From assembly GCF_009914755.1 (NCBI RefSeq), contig NC_060933.1: a stretch of 64,000 nucleotides of DNA. One strand, written 5' to 3'. The stretch's first letter is position 1, and the number at the start of each line of letters is the position of its first letter. Below are positions 1-25,057 of the stretch, in pieces. A program made the position numbers and the translations under genes. The notes below the pieces were generated by a model, which was not told where the DNA came from, ran no database searches, and was given only the letters and a program-made list of their open reading frames with translations. The stretch is from the human T2T-CHM13v2.0 reference genome, Homo sapiens.

Positions 1-137
1 AATGATTTCTAGTAAGAAAATTAAATAATTATACTTTAATAGTTTAAAAGTCCCTTTGGATATTATTTCCAAAGGGAATTTTTAAAAAAATGTATCAGGA
101 GAATCTAGCTCACTATAATTTTCAAACAAATCTAAGA

Positions 138-270
138 ATTTTTTTGTTTTCAGAGATGGGGTCTTACTATGTTGCCCAGGCCAGACTCAAACTCCTGGGC
201 TCAAGCAATCTTCCCACATCAGCCTCCCAAGTAGCTGGGACTACAGGCACGCACCACTGCACCCAGCTCC
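138..270 (-). mobile_element. FLAM/Alu monomer
   Basis: Antisense monomer with CAAATCTAAGAA TSD. Confidence 0.8.
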
Positions 271-382
271 AAATCTAAGAAATCTTATACAAGATACAAT
301 TAGCATTTTCTATATGCTGACATGTAATTAATCGAATGAAGATCATTCAGGGAGAAATAATTTTAAAAATTTTTCAAGAGAA

Positions 383-778
<396 letters not shown>

Positions 779-929
779 TTAGGCATATACTAATCTATAT
801 TCATTAAAATTGATATACAAGAATATTTAGGCACGCACAGTGGCGCATACCTGTAATCCCAGCTACTCAGAAGGCTGAGGTAAAAGGATCCCTTAAGCCC
901 AGGATCCTTGCAAAAAAAAAAAAAAAAAA

Positions 930-1400
930 AGAATACTCATAGAATGTCTATTTGTAACAATCAAAAAGTAGAATCAATCCAAAGGTCCATCCAGAGTAAA
1001 AAGGGTACATTGGTGCTATATTCATAAAATAGAACACTAAGCAGCAATGAGAATAAACATACTACAATTACACACAACAGCATGGATAAATATCATAAAC
1101 AATGTTGAGCCAAAGTCAGACACAAAAGAATATATTCTATATACTGGCATTTATATGAAGTTCAAAAACAGGCAAAACTAATCTTTAGTGTAACATGTGA
1201 GGGCACTGTTTCCCCGTGGGGGCAAACAGTGTAAACTAAACAGGTTCAAGGAGGATTCTAGGGTGCTGGTAACATCCTATTCCTTAAATGATGATGGTTA
1301 CATGGACGTGTTCACTTTGTGAAAATTTGTCAAGCTATATACTTATGAGTTACACATTTCTTGTATATATGTTATGCATTAACAGAATTTACAAAAGAGG
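930..1400 (+). mobile_element. Old L1ME-type 3' fragment
   Basis: TTTATATGAAGTTCAAAAACAGGCAAAACTAATCT and related L1M 3' motifs. Confidence 0.65.
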
Positions 1401-1474
1401 GAGGGAGGTGGAGAAATATAATTATACACATGGTTCTTCCTGCACGATAAAAATACAATATTAAATATCTCTAA

Positions 1475-1945
<471 letters not shown>

Positions 1946-2877
1946 AAATATCTCTGACATGTTGTATGGCAAGGTAAAGTTGTTCCCAAAGGAAGACTCA
2001 TTGGCTAGCAGTCTAGAGGTCTCACAGAATGGCATTTCCTTGATGAATCTGTAATTGTCCAGGATCTGGTTCTCATATTTTCCAAGTCTAGATTTTTATC
2101 TTGACAATGGCTCAAAGTTGACTGTACTCAGGGAAAACAAATATGAACCAAACTCAGAAGAGACTGATGTGAAAACTTTAATAGGTTCTGCAAATTATTT
2201 TAATTATATAATTTGCAATCAGAGATTCATTAAATGGAAAATTCCATGAAGGAAGTGACTTTGCCTTGCCTGTTCTCCTCATTGTTGTAGCCCTAATGTC
2301 TACGAGATACCTAGCACATATCAGATGATCAATACATTCACTGAATAAAAATATTTCCTGAAGAGGGCGCTAACCTTTACAGGTGACAATGTGCCTTGGA
2401 AGCCAAATTTATACCCACAGCAGCTTGGCATGGCAATCACAGAATCACAACAAAGAGCTTGAGAGAGATTTTATCCAAAAAAAAAAAAAAGAAAACCTAA
2501 GAAAATACTTAACTCACATCAAAGCCAAACTCTGGAGGCCTCAGATCATTTTCATTTGTCAGAATCCTCCCTCCTGCCAAACCAGACTCATTTTGATTCC
2601 TCATTTTCCTTTCATACTTAACATCTCCCTTCAGTTAATCCATTTTATTTAGATAAATTAATACCACTGACTAGGTTATACTACAATCAAGCAGAGCTTT
2701 TTGTACTGGGGTGGAGAATTTCAAATTAATCATGTCTAAAAACCCTTTTGAATATAATTAAGCTTATGAACTATAAGTTCATTTTTCCATTATATTCAAG
2801 TGTTTTAGAGGCACTCTATCAATATCTTTATATATACAACCTATGAGTTTTAAAAAAAAAAAAAAGTAATAGTACTA

Positions 2878-3498
<621 letters not shown>

Positions 3499-3594
3499 GT
3501 GGTAAATAGACTATAAGAGTCCCACTAATTAAGCAAACACTGCGTATCACAGAATTTTAAAAGATTAAATTTCTCCTTTTATAAGTTGTCTCAC

Positions 3595-3643
3595 CTTTTG
3601 AATTTTTTCTTCCATATTACTGTGGTCATCATAGGGTTCCATT
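3595..3643 (-). CDS. HAUS6: HAUS6 exon 7 (49 nt), MEPYDDHSNMEEKIQK; gene continues beyond the window start
   Basis: ttag| acceptor, AAG|gtgaga donor; cumulative 699 nt = 233 codons. Confidence 0.9.
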
Positions 3644-3951
3644 CTAATAAAAATTAAATAATCTAATTAGTCATATTAAAAATCACATGGTAATTTAATA
3701 TCCAAAGAGCTAATTAGTCTGCAAATCAACCCACCAACAACCACCCCAACAAAAAATAAAATTTAATCTGAAAGCGATAATAATTTATTAGGAAAACTGG
3801 ATTAGCAGTCATAACTATGCTCTAATCCTATCATCATCTGGCTATTGATATATTATTTTAATTAATGTTTGTGGGAGTCTGTTTCCTAGCCTGTAAAATG
3901 CAAGAGCTAAACTAGTATCTAAGGCAACTTCTAGCTCTAAAAGTCACTTAC

Positions 3952-4017
3952 TTCTTTATTTGGTTTTCCAATCCTATACATTCAGATCTCAAGTTTCGTA
4001 CCTGCTTAACTGATAAC
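3952..4017 (-). CDS. HAUS6: HAUS6 exon 6 (66 nt), LSVKQVRNLRSECIGLENQIKK
   Basis: gcag| acceptor, |gtaagt donor, phase 2-2. Confidence 0.92.
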
Positions 4018-4433
4018 CTGCAAGAAAACATACAAAATGACAACTATAATACCATTACGATTAATTAGTATAGCCCACTTCTCTATTTTCCCTTTGCATA
4101 TCCTTGTTTAAGGCCTCTGGGTACAGCCACCAGCAAGCTAAAGGACTCTAGACTCTCTTTATCACACAAGTGATTCAACATACAGGCTCCTATTGAGATG
4201 GACCTAGGACTCATAGGTTAGTATATCCTCTCCGATTAAAATGATGGAGGTTAGTAAGACGACTCTGCTCTTATCCTCATCTCACATACCCGGGAATAAA
4301 TTTAAATGTTATCTAATACAGTCAGGCAACATTTCAGTTAATTTCAAAGGATTCTATAGCTTTAGTAATATATAACAAAGCATTCTACAAAGTTATCCTA
4401 CTGTAACTGTTTACAATTGCAAAAAAGAAATTA

Positions 4434-4730
4434 GGCCAGGTGCAATGGCTCACACCTGTAATGCCTATATTTTGGGAGGCTGAGGCAGGAATGTGGCTTC
4501 AGGCCAGGAGTTTGAGACCAGCCTGGCTACAAAGCAAGACCCTGTCTCTACAAAAAAATTTAAAAATTAGCTGGGTGTGGTAGAACACGCCTGTACTCCC
4601 AGCTACAGTGGGAAGATCACTTGAGCCCAGGAGGTCAAGGCTGCCGTGAGTCATAATCATGCCACTGCACTCTAGTCTAGCTAAGCAACAGAGCAAGACC
4701 TTGTCTCAAAAAAAAAAAAAAAAAGAAAAA
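4434..4730 (+). mobile_element. AluJ
   Basis: Alu consensus match. Confidence 0.85.
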
Positions 4731-4980
4731 AACCACATGCACACACAATTATATACAACCTATTCTTTGAGAGTAACAGCCTTGTCTGTCCTGTTTAATT
4801 CTGTAATATCAATGCCTAAACAGTATCTGACACATAGAAGAAACTCCAAGAAAAAAAGATATGCTGCATAGATGAACCTAAACATAAAATAGCATTAAGT
4901 GGTTTAAAAAAATGATGGACTACCTACCTGAAAGAATATCTGCTTAATGAAATATCCACTAACAGGACTAATAGACATTA

Positions 4981-6151
<1,171 letters not shown>

Positions 6152-6273
6152 TTAAAGTAGAAAGATAACCGCCAAGGTTTTCAGGTAGGCATGGATTATT
6201 TCTCCTGACATTATATTGGTGACATCTGTTCAAAAGAAAGAAATTATTTTCTAACTATCAAGGTACTACTTAC

Positions 6274-6421
6274 TGTGCATTTTCCTGATATTTTTGGGTA
6301 ACACAATCTTGTCTTTGCAAAATTTGTAAAAATCTGCTACGTGCGAAATGGCATCTGGCAATGCATTTGTGCAAGTCCTGTGGTTTTATGTTAAATGTCT
6401 CTACAAAATGATGAGAAGAAT
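6274..6421 (-). CDS. HAUS6: HAUS6 exon 5 (148 nt), NSSHHFVETFNIKPQDLHKCIARCHFARSRFLQILQRQDCVTQKYQENAQ
   Basis: gtag| acceptor, |gtaagt donor, frame-consistent (cumulative 584 nt). Confidence 0.94.
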
Positions 6422-6454
6422 CTACACAGAACACAAATAAGATTATAGAAAACA

Positions 6455-6549
6455 GGCTGGTCTGATAGTAGTGGGTTATCAGAAATGAACATTAGTGTCA
6501 CTAACGTTGGTGGTATACAATCTCCCACTGCTAAATCTGATTGACTTTT
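6455..6549 (+). pseudogene. Y4 RNA (RNY4) retropseudogene
   Basis: GGCTGGTCTGATAGTAGTGGGTTATCAGAA...CCCACTGCTAAATCTGATTGACTTTT resembles hY4; short A tail; GAAAACAG direct repeats at 6448-6455 and 6558-6565. Confidence 0.9.
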
Positions 6550-6673
6550 AAAAAAAGGAAAACAGACTTACAAGCTAATAAATACCAAAAATGTTGAATT
6601 TCAATATTAAGAAATTAAATTAACATCACGTAACTAACAACTCCCCAAAAGCTAGTATACCACAAACATATAA

Positions 6674-7522
<849 letters not shown>

Positions 7523-7878
7523 ATAGAATCTTTTAACAAAGGAAGAAAGTCAATATAAAAAGATAAGAGGAGATCACATCATCTCCATTGCTGCCATCAG
7601 TTTACTTTTCCTCCTAGTAAGACCAATAGGACAGGATAACCAAATAAAACCACTGTTCATTTCTCAAACAATTCGTCACTGTGTTACTAAAAACCAGAGT
7701 AGACCTGAGAATAACTCATGTAAATATTTCAGAGTTCAGGTTTTTACCTGTAATAAATCCTACTTTAACATGGTTCAATACAACAAAAACATGAATATTC
7801 TGAAAATCAGGGACTTCCACAATGTATTAACATTGCTTATCCAGGTTCTAGCATTGCCTCAGAGAAACCACCAGAATT

Positions 7879-9790
<1,912 letters not shown>

Positions 9791-10025
9791 AATGTTTCCC
9801 AACCCTTGTATTAGAACATAATAAAATAATATAAATAGTAACTGTGTTTATTATGAGAAGATTTTAAAGTACAGTTCCAGTAGAATATTAACCATTTCCT
9901 TTTTGGGGTACATTAATGTTTTAACTTACCTTGATTTTACTAAGATCTCTTCACGATTTAAAAATTGTAAAGAACAATAAAAATTTAAGAATCAAAACAA
10001 AAAATCTTTTATAAGTTGAACTTAC

Positions 10026-10158
10026 TTTTAGAATTGGATTTAATATATTTCATTGCAACAAATCTTGCAAAATGATACATCAGATGAATAAACTTAGGAC
10101 CACCAGGAGAAAGAAATAGTGAACCAACAACTTGAGGAAAGCTACTTCCACATTCACC
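10026..10158 (-). CDS. HAUS6: HAUS6 exon 4 (133 nt), GECGSSFPQVVGSLFLSPGGPKFIHLMYHFARFVAMKYIKSNSK
   Basis: atag| acceptor, |gtaagt donor; contains the SPGGPKF motif of the HAUS6 N-terminal domain. Confidence 0.95.
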
Positions 10159-10217
10159 CTATGAAGAAAAGAAATAAGATGATTTGAAGACCTTGTTAAC
10201 AATAACTCTTACATTTA

Positions 10218-10419
10218 CATCACACTATTTTTGTTAAAGGGTGTGACAGTCTTGCAATAGAAGTCCCACATTTTCATAAGTACTATGCTATAGGTTGGCG
10301 TGGGGTTCCCTAGGACCTCTTCATAGCACAGTGGCTTGGACACATCCAACTGTGCAGCAGAGTGCAAAGCAAAGTGGGTAAGACCCCCAGGCCACTGTCT
10401 CCTCATCACACTATTTTTG
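10218..10419 (-). other. 170-bp unrecognised insertion flanked by a 16-bp direct repeat (likely L1-mediated retroposition)
   Basis: CATCACACTATTTTTG at 10218-10233 and 10404-10419. Confidence 0.75.
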
Positions 10420-10440
10420 AAGCATAAAAGAATTTGATCA

Positions 10441-10812
<372 letters not shown>

Positions 10813-11171
10813 CTACGTGGACCTGGTCAGAAAAAACAATTATAATGATACAGACACAATCATTGATACTATCTGGGCAAACAAACTAAAATAATATACG
10901 GTTGGAAAAGTTTTCTTTAAACAAAAACTGTGCTATAAACGCTCAGGAACTCTAAAGCCTATTTTCAGTACACCTGGCCAGCAAAGCTGGTTTCTTCGAA
11001 ATATATAGAATCCCAACCAAAAACCATCAAAGAAGACTATTTTAACTAATATTTCCTTGCTTATACTGATAACATTAAAGCATTAAAAGGATTTCACCTC
11101 TAAAAAGTTAAAGAGTTAAAGTAGTTTTTAACTTCTTAAAGTCTGTATCTTCTAACAAAAAGAATACTTAC

Positions 11172-11250
11172 AGAAATCCTTTTTATCCATTCACAGCAAT
11201 GTTTTCGGAATTCAGTGTCACTTTTTTGGTCAAATGGGGGCCAACAAAAT
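11172..11250 (-). CDS. HAUS6: HAUS6 exon 3 (79 nt), FCWPPFDQKSDTEFRKHCCEWIKRIS
   Basis: ccag| acceptor, |gtaagt donor; cumulative 303 nt. Confidence 0.95.
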
Positions 11251-11364
11251 CTGGAAAACAAAAATAAAAGCGTAAGGACTATGCACAACAATAGCCAAAA
11301 AAAAAAGCCTCAGCAAATTTTTTAAAAATCAAACTTATTTCTAATACCAGAAATATTAATGCAT

Positions 11365-11650
11365 GGCCAAGCGTGGTGGCTCACACTTTTAATCCCAGCA
11401 CTTTGGAAAGCCAATGCAGACAGATCACTTGAGGCCAGGAGTTTGAGACCAGCCTGGCCAACATGGAGAAATCCCGTCTCTATTAAAAATATAAAAATTA
11501 ACTAGGCATAGTGGTGTGCGCCTATAGCCCCAGCTACTCGGGAGCTGAGGCACGAGTATTGCTTGAACCCAGGAGATGGAGTCTGCAGTGAGCCAAGATG
11601 GCACCACTGCACTGCAGCCTGGGTGACCCTGTCTCAAAAGAAAAAAAAAC
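11365..11650 (+). mobile_element. Alu
   Basis: Alu consensus match. Confidence 0.85.
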
Positions 11651-13136
11651 CATTAAAGTGAAATGAATTAAAGCTAACCTTCTTAGATAACAGCTAGAGA
11701 GACACCAACCTGTGAGAAATTTAATTTTTTTATTTATAAACATCTATAGGGTTGAGTTCTGTGTCATACAAATAACTAAAATGTATTAAATGAGGGAATG
11801 AACAGCTATAAAAATTGCTGAAAATCAGCTAAAGACAACAATCTCAATGGATCCACTGGACTAGTGCATAAAGACAATATAAATAAATTAGTAAATTAAG
11901 CCTGAAAAGAAATAGTAATCTTGCCAGAGAGAAACATAAACAGATATATATGAAGAAGAGAAAAAATGGCATACAAGATTATGACTCCTAGAGATAATCC
12001 TTATCATAACTGTGGATGCTATTATTTTGTGGCTAAACAAGACAGAAAAACATTAAAAAGAGAACTTTTGCTTCAACTTTGGTCAAAAAAATTAGGGTTT
12101 AAAATTTACCTACTGCTTTCCTTTCACAGTCAGGCTTTTCCAAATTTTTATTCTGAGGCATAATTACGTAAGGCCTCATACCTTTTCTATAACTACATTC
12201 AGTATTCACAGAAAAAACTGAGCATGCATAGGAAACAAAAAGACTAAAAGGCTAGAATGTCAACAGTGATACTCCATGGTTGACGGGTTTCAAAACAATT
12301 TTTACATTTTCCTATATTTTCTGAATTACTTAAAATGAGCCATAATGTTGATAATCAGCAAAAAAAAAAAAAATTAAAATCTGTTTTTATTTGGACAGAA
12401 GAAACCCTATACCTTAATGATAGGGAATTCCAAAAAATCATCCAAACATACCTATTATCCTGCATACTCAGAACTTTAAATAAAAGCAAAATATTGAAAA
12501 TAGATTATCAAAAATGAAAATAATGCCCTAAGCGATAGACCTACTTGTTGCTTTTCTATATAAAAGATTGATGGTACAATATAAATATCAAAATAAATTT
12601 GAACACTTTTTTAGATAGCAGAAACACAAATCACATGCAAAATAACTTAGGACTGAGACTTGTGGGTGCTTACATTTTTATCTCCTTCTTAAACTAATAT
12701 TCAACAGCATATAACAGTAGAGTAAATGTAATAGGAATGATTTTTGCCTAAAGCAATTGATGCTTTAATATATCAATGAAAAAAATAAGGATTTACAGAT
12801 AGCCGTGTAGACAAAACAACACTGCCTATAGGAAAAGTAGTAAGGCATAGAGTACCGAGCAAAAAAAATTGGGCAAAATCAAGTTCATACGGATTGATAT
12901 CATTTAATTGTTTTGCTAACAATAATTTGCTTAATTATTAAGACCGTAAATAAAATGTTAAGAAATCTATAAAAACTATATTACTTATAAAATACACAAT
13001 GATTTTAAGATATGTACCAAAGAAAAAAATCACCCAGATTTATAAAGATTAAGTATTAAATGTATAAGACTCAAACCTGAATTTTGTAATATTCATTCAA
13101 AACAACAGTCAAAGGCCAAGTTGAAATTCTGGCTTA

Positions 13137-13619
<483 letters not shown>

Positions 13620-13970
13620 CTAGTGGTTAAAAATGAAATAGAAATAGAAAAAGAAAAAGGTTAATAAGCTAAACATCATCAAAAGCTGAGTAAGACTTTG
13701 ACACAAATTAATGTTTTCATTCTCTTCAGGAAGTCAAGGCAAATTAATTTTTCTCATTCATGTGTATTTTATAACCAGTAAGAAAAACATACAAGCTTTC
13801 ATTTTCTAATTCTGAAAACACAGATTCAATGTAAGACTGGCAGAACTGGCTTTAATGAAAACACTCTACAGAAAAGGAAGGAAAACCTATTTCAAGAGAA
13901 ACATGCCTTATAATGGTAACAACCTACATTTACTGAATAACAATAAATAGCTAATATTTATTAAGAGTAC

Positions 13971-14476
13971 ATGTTAGACCTAAAACCATAAAAACCCTAG
14001 AAGAAAACCTAGGCAATACCATTCAGGACATAGGCATGGGCAAGGACTGCATGTCTAAAACACCAAAAGCAATGGCAACAAAAGCCAAAATTGACAAATG
14101 GGATCTAATTAAACTAAACAGCTTCTGCACAGCAAAAGAAACTGCCATCAGAGTGAACAGGCAACCTACAGAAAGGGAGAAAATTTTGCAACCTACTCAT
14201 CTGACAAAGGGCTAATATCCAGAATCTAAAATGAACTCAAACAAATTTACAAGAAAAAAACAAACAACCCCATCAAAAAGTGGGTGAAGGATATGAACAG
14301 ACACTTCTCAAAAGAAGACATTTATGCAGCCAAAAAACACATGAAAAAATGCTCATCATCACTGGCCATCAGAGAAATGCAAATCAAAACCACAATGAGA
14401 TACCATCTCACACCAGTTAGAATGGCGATCATTAAAAAGTCAGGAAACAACAGGTGCTGGAAAGGATGTGGAGAAA
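13971..14476 (+). mobile_element. L1PA (primate LINE-1) internal ORF2 fragment, truncated at both ends
   Basis: Close to L1 ORF2 3' consensus; translates [58 protein letters not shown]. Confidence 0.93.
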
Positions 14477-15008
14477 GCACTGATTTGAAATATGTCACCT
14501 CACCCTAGAGTCCAGGGTCTTCACTACTAGATTTTTATTTCCAGAACCATCTTTATAACATAATGCTGGCAATAGTTTTTATTGTGCCAATTACCCTAAT
14601 TAATCAAAACAAAGCCTAAAAAAAAAAAAATGTGAAAACAAAAATGAAAGAACACTAAACCCTTTAAGAAAATGTCACACAACTATAAGGAATCAAGAGT
14701 TAACTTAAACGGCAAAGCATGAAATTTCCTTCCAAAAAATCAAATCAAGTGAATTTCTGACTTAGGATTACTATTCTCTTGCGTAAGTTCCTATGCCTAT
14801 CCATTTGTCAAACAACACTTTTGTCCTTAGAACATCTCTACTCTTCAAGTAACACAAATGAAGTTCCATCTATCCTACTTCCTTACCATCTCTCAAACCT
14901 GTTGTTTTTTCACAAAGTACCTTGTTCTCTTCTCTTTGACACTTATTGTAATTTGTAATAAGATATTTGTTGAAGATTTGTTCCATCGCTAGACTAAAAT
15001 TCTGTAAG

Positions 15009-17235
<2,227 letters not shown>

Positions 17236-17294
17236 GTAAATTTAATGCCACATCCATGTTGAAAGCATTTAAAGTGGACATGTGTTACAAGATG

Positions 17295-18088
17295 GTGGAT
17301 CCTGCAGAGAAAAGGGAATGCTTGTACTTTGTTGGTGGAATGTAAAGTAGTACAGCCATTATGGGAAACCATAGGCTCCTTAAAAAACTAAAAATAGAAG
17401 TACCCTATGATCCAGCAATCCCACTGCTGGGTATATATCCAAAAGGAAGGAGATCAGTATATGAAAGAGGCATCTGCACTCCCATGTTTAGTGACACATT
17501 ATTCACAATAGTCGAGATACAGAATCAACCTAAGTTGAATGGATAAAGAAAACAGATGAATGGATAAAGAAATTGTGGTATATATACACAATGGAATATT
17601 ATTCAGCCACACAAAAAGAAGAAAATCCTGTCATCTGCAGCAACATGGATGGGACTGGAGGTCATTATCTTAAGTAAAATAAACCAGGCACGGAAAGACA
17701 AATATCACATGTTCTCACATGTGAAAGCAAAAAAAGTGGACCTCATGGAGGTAGGGAGTAGAATGGTGGTTAACACAGTCTAGGAAAGGAAAAGGAGAGA
17801 AGGAGGGAGGAAGAGAAGTTGATTAATGGGTACAAATATACAGTTAGATAGAAGGAATAAGTTCTAGTGTTCAATAGTACATAAGTGAAACTATAGTTAA
17901 AAATAATTTATTGTGTATTTTAAAATAGCTAGAAAAGAACTGAAATGTTTCCAACACAAAGGAAAGATAAATGTTTGAGATGATGGCTATCCCATTTATC
18001 CTGATCTGATCCTTATACATTGTATAAGTGTATCAAAATATCAAAATTTTATATCCCCAAAATATGTACAACTATGAACATAAATAAA
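17295..18088 (+). mobile_element. L1MA-type 3' fragment
   Basis: PYDPAIPLLGIYPK ORF2 tail followed by an L1M 3'UTR. Confidence 0.85.
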
Positions 18089-18090
18089 AC

Positions 18091-18825
<735 letters not shown>

Positions 18826-19376
18826 CTAAAGTTGATAAAACAGAAGTGGAAAAAGTAGGGAAGGGGCTTTTACTTTCCATACTTTTCTTAAAAGGGTATT
18901 TGTTTTTAATACCCTTCTCCGTTGTTTTATGCTAACTCCAACATGCCTTACTAATTAAAAAATTAAAAATTATAAAATTAAACAACCACCTTCAAAGGCT
19001 CCCTTGAGTCCAAAAGGTGTTTTGTACATATGGTTCCCATGCTCTTCCACTACCACCCGCCATCCCTCCCACTACTTCACAGACCACCCCTCCACCACAT
19101 AGGCAGAGTTAAGCTGCTCCTCCAGTCTTGCACTCTCCCCATCTGCAGACTTTTGCACTCCCCTACAGAGCGCTTCCGGCACTCTTGCATTATTTACGGT
19201 CTGTCTCTGCCCCTAGGCTGGCAGCAACTGGGAGTAGGAACTTTGGAGCCAATGCCTGGCACAGAGTAACTGCTCAACCAATTCTGATTAATCAACCTCC
19301 GGGGTCTACAAAAGGGGGAGTCCCCCGGCGTCCCCCGGTTCAGGCTCCCTCGCCCCGCCGGCCCCGGCCTCCTTAC

Positions 19377-19504
19377 ACTCCGAGGTGCGTGTGCGACACG
19401 ATCTTTCCGCAGGCAATGGTTGCCGGGCCTGGCTCGAAGCCGAGCGCCTGCAGATACATCCAGAGATGCTCCTTCTCGAAAGCGGTGACCGAGGCCGAGC
19501 TCAT
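19377..19504 (-). CDS. HAUS6: HAUS6 exon 1 coding part (c.1-128), MSSASVTAFEKEHLWMYLQALGFEPGPATIACGKIVSHTHLG
   Basis: ATG at 19504-19502 in a CpG island; recognised HAUS6 N-terminus; donor GT|GTAAGG at 19376; frame continues into the next exon. Confidence 0.96.
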
Positions 19505-19816
19505 CCTCGCGGTAGGCACGGTGGCTGCAAAGAAAGAAAGCGCAAGCCCAGGGGACTCGGAGGGCCCTCAAGATCCCTCCCTACGGTCAGCCTGAGGTCG
19601 CGGTGGTCCTTCCATTGCCAACGCCTGCTCCTTTCACGCCCAGAGCGATTTCGCCTCAAAGGGCCTCACAACCTCCGGGAAACTGAGTTTCTAACGGTAT
19701 AGTGCGGCCACCACTGCCTCAGCGAAGCCACCACAAACCGAGACTCCCGCCCTTAAGGAAGAGCAGTGTGCGCCGGCGCCGCCAGGCGTCCGAGGGAGGA
19801 GGGACTTCCGGCAAAG

Positions 19817-19904
19817 ACTATATCTCCCGCCATGCAATGCGTCCTTCTCTCCTCCCTTCCGGCCATGCCCAGCCAAGAAACTACAAGACCCACCGGGCAT
19901 TGCG
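19817..19904 (+). promoter_or_regulatory. Two extended ZNF143/THAP11-HCFC1-type motifs (ACTACA..TCCCA..ATGC)
   Basis: ACTATATCTCCCGCCATGCAATGC at 19817-19840 and ACTACAAGACCCACCGGGCATTGCG at 19880-19904. Confidence 0.65.
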
Positions 19905-20233
19905 CGGCCAGCGACTTGCTCTGCGCTTGCTTAACCGCTGTCGTGCCCAGATCCTCGGGCCTTCGGGTTTCTGATTCTTGGTTAGTGGGGTCCATTTGCT
20001 TGTGTATCCTAGTTGTTACGTCACAAAAAAGCCATAAATGGAGCACTATGCCTCGGTGTAGAGTTAAAGCATTGGTTCCATCCTCCGCTATGCTCACTGT
20101 GACTCTAATCAAGTCACGTAATCTCTGAGCCTCATTTCTGTCGTTAGCGAAATCTATGTCCTCAAATGCCGGATGTTCCTTTTCCTGCTTTAAATGAAAT
20201 CTGGCTCTATACTCCCCCTGCAGTCCTGCAGTC

Positions 20234-21670
<1,437 letters not shown>

Positions 21671-21700
21671 AACAGCCACAAAAAAAAAATCTCTGACTCC

Positions 21701-24050
<2,350 letters not shown>

Positions 24051-24079
24051 CTCACTAGGCCTCATTCTAAGATTTGGCA

Positions 24080-24838
<759 letters not shown>

Positions 24839-24840
24839 AA

Positions 24841-25057
24841 CTAATACTTAATGCGGCTCTGTGCCAGGCACTGCTTTATGCTTTTCACAAATGTTAACTA
24901 TTTAATCTTCAGAGCAAACTTAGCCCTATTCCTGTTTTACTGATGAAAAAAATGAGGCATAGAGAAATTAAGTAACTTGCTGAAGGTCACACAGTAAGCA
25001 GCAGAGCCAGATTACAACCCAGAGTCTGAGCCCTTACCCATCATGCTATGCTTCCTC
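24841..25057 (-). mobile_element. MIR
   Basis: Reverse MIR core AATGAGGCATAGAGAAATTAAGTAACTTGCTGAAGGTCACACAG. Confidence 0.75.

Larger units (their letters stand above)
19290..19980. promoter_or_regulatory. HAUS6: HAUS6 CpG-island promoter and 5'UTR
   Basis: GC- and CpG-rich block around exon 1; ETS/GABP motif ACTTCCGG at 19804-19811; no TATA box seen. Confidence 0.88.

Noticed and set aside
2055-2249. Non-Alu 64-aa ORF in HAUS6 intron 7
   Set aside because: Non-ATG start, no recognisable homology, antisense to the host gene and no convincing splice signals.
10395-10412. C-box-like GTGATGA suggesting a C/D snoRNA
   Set aside because: The motif is formed mostly by the target-site duplication, and no terminal CTGA with a closing stem was found.
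14284-14508. L1 ORF2-like peptide as a functional gene
   Set aside because: Small fragment of a doubly truncated L1 with no promoter.
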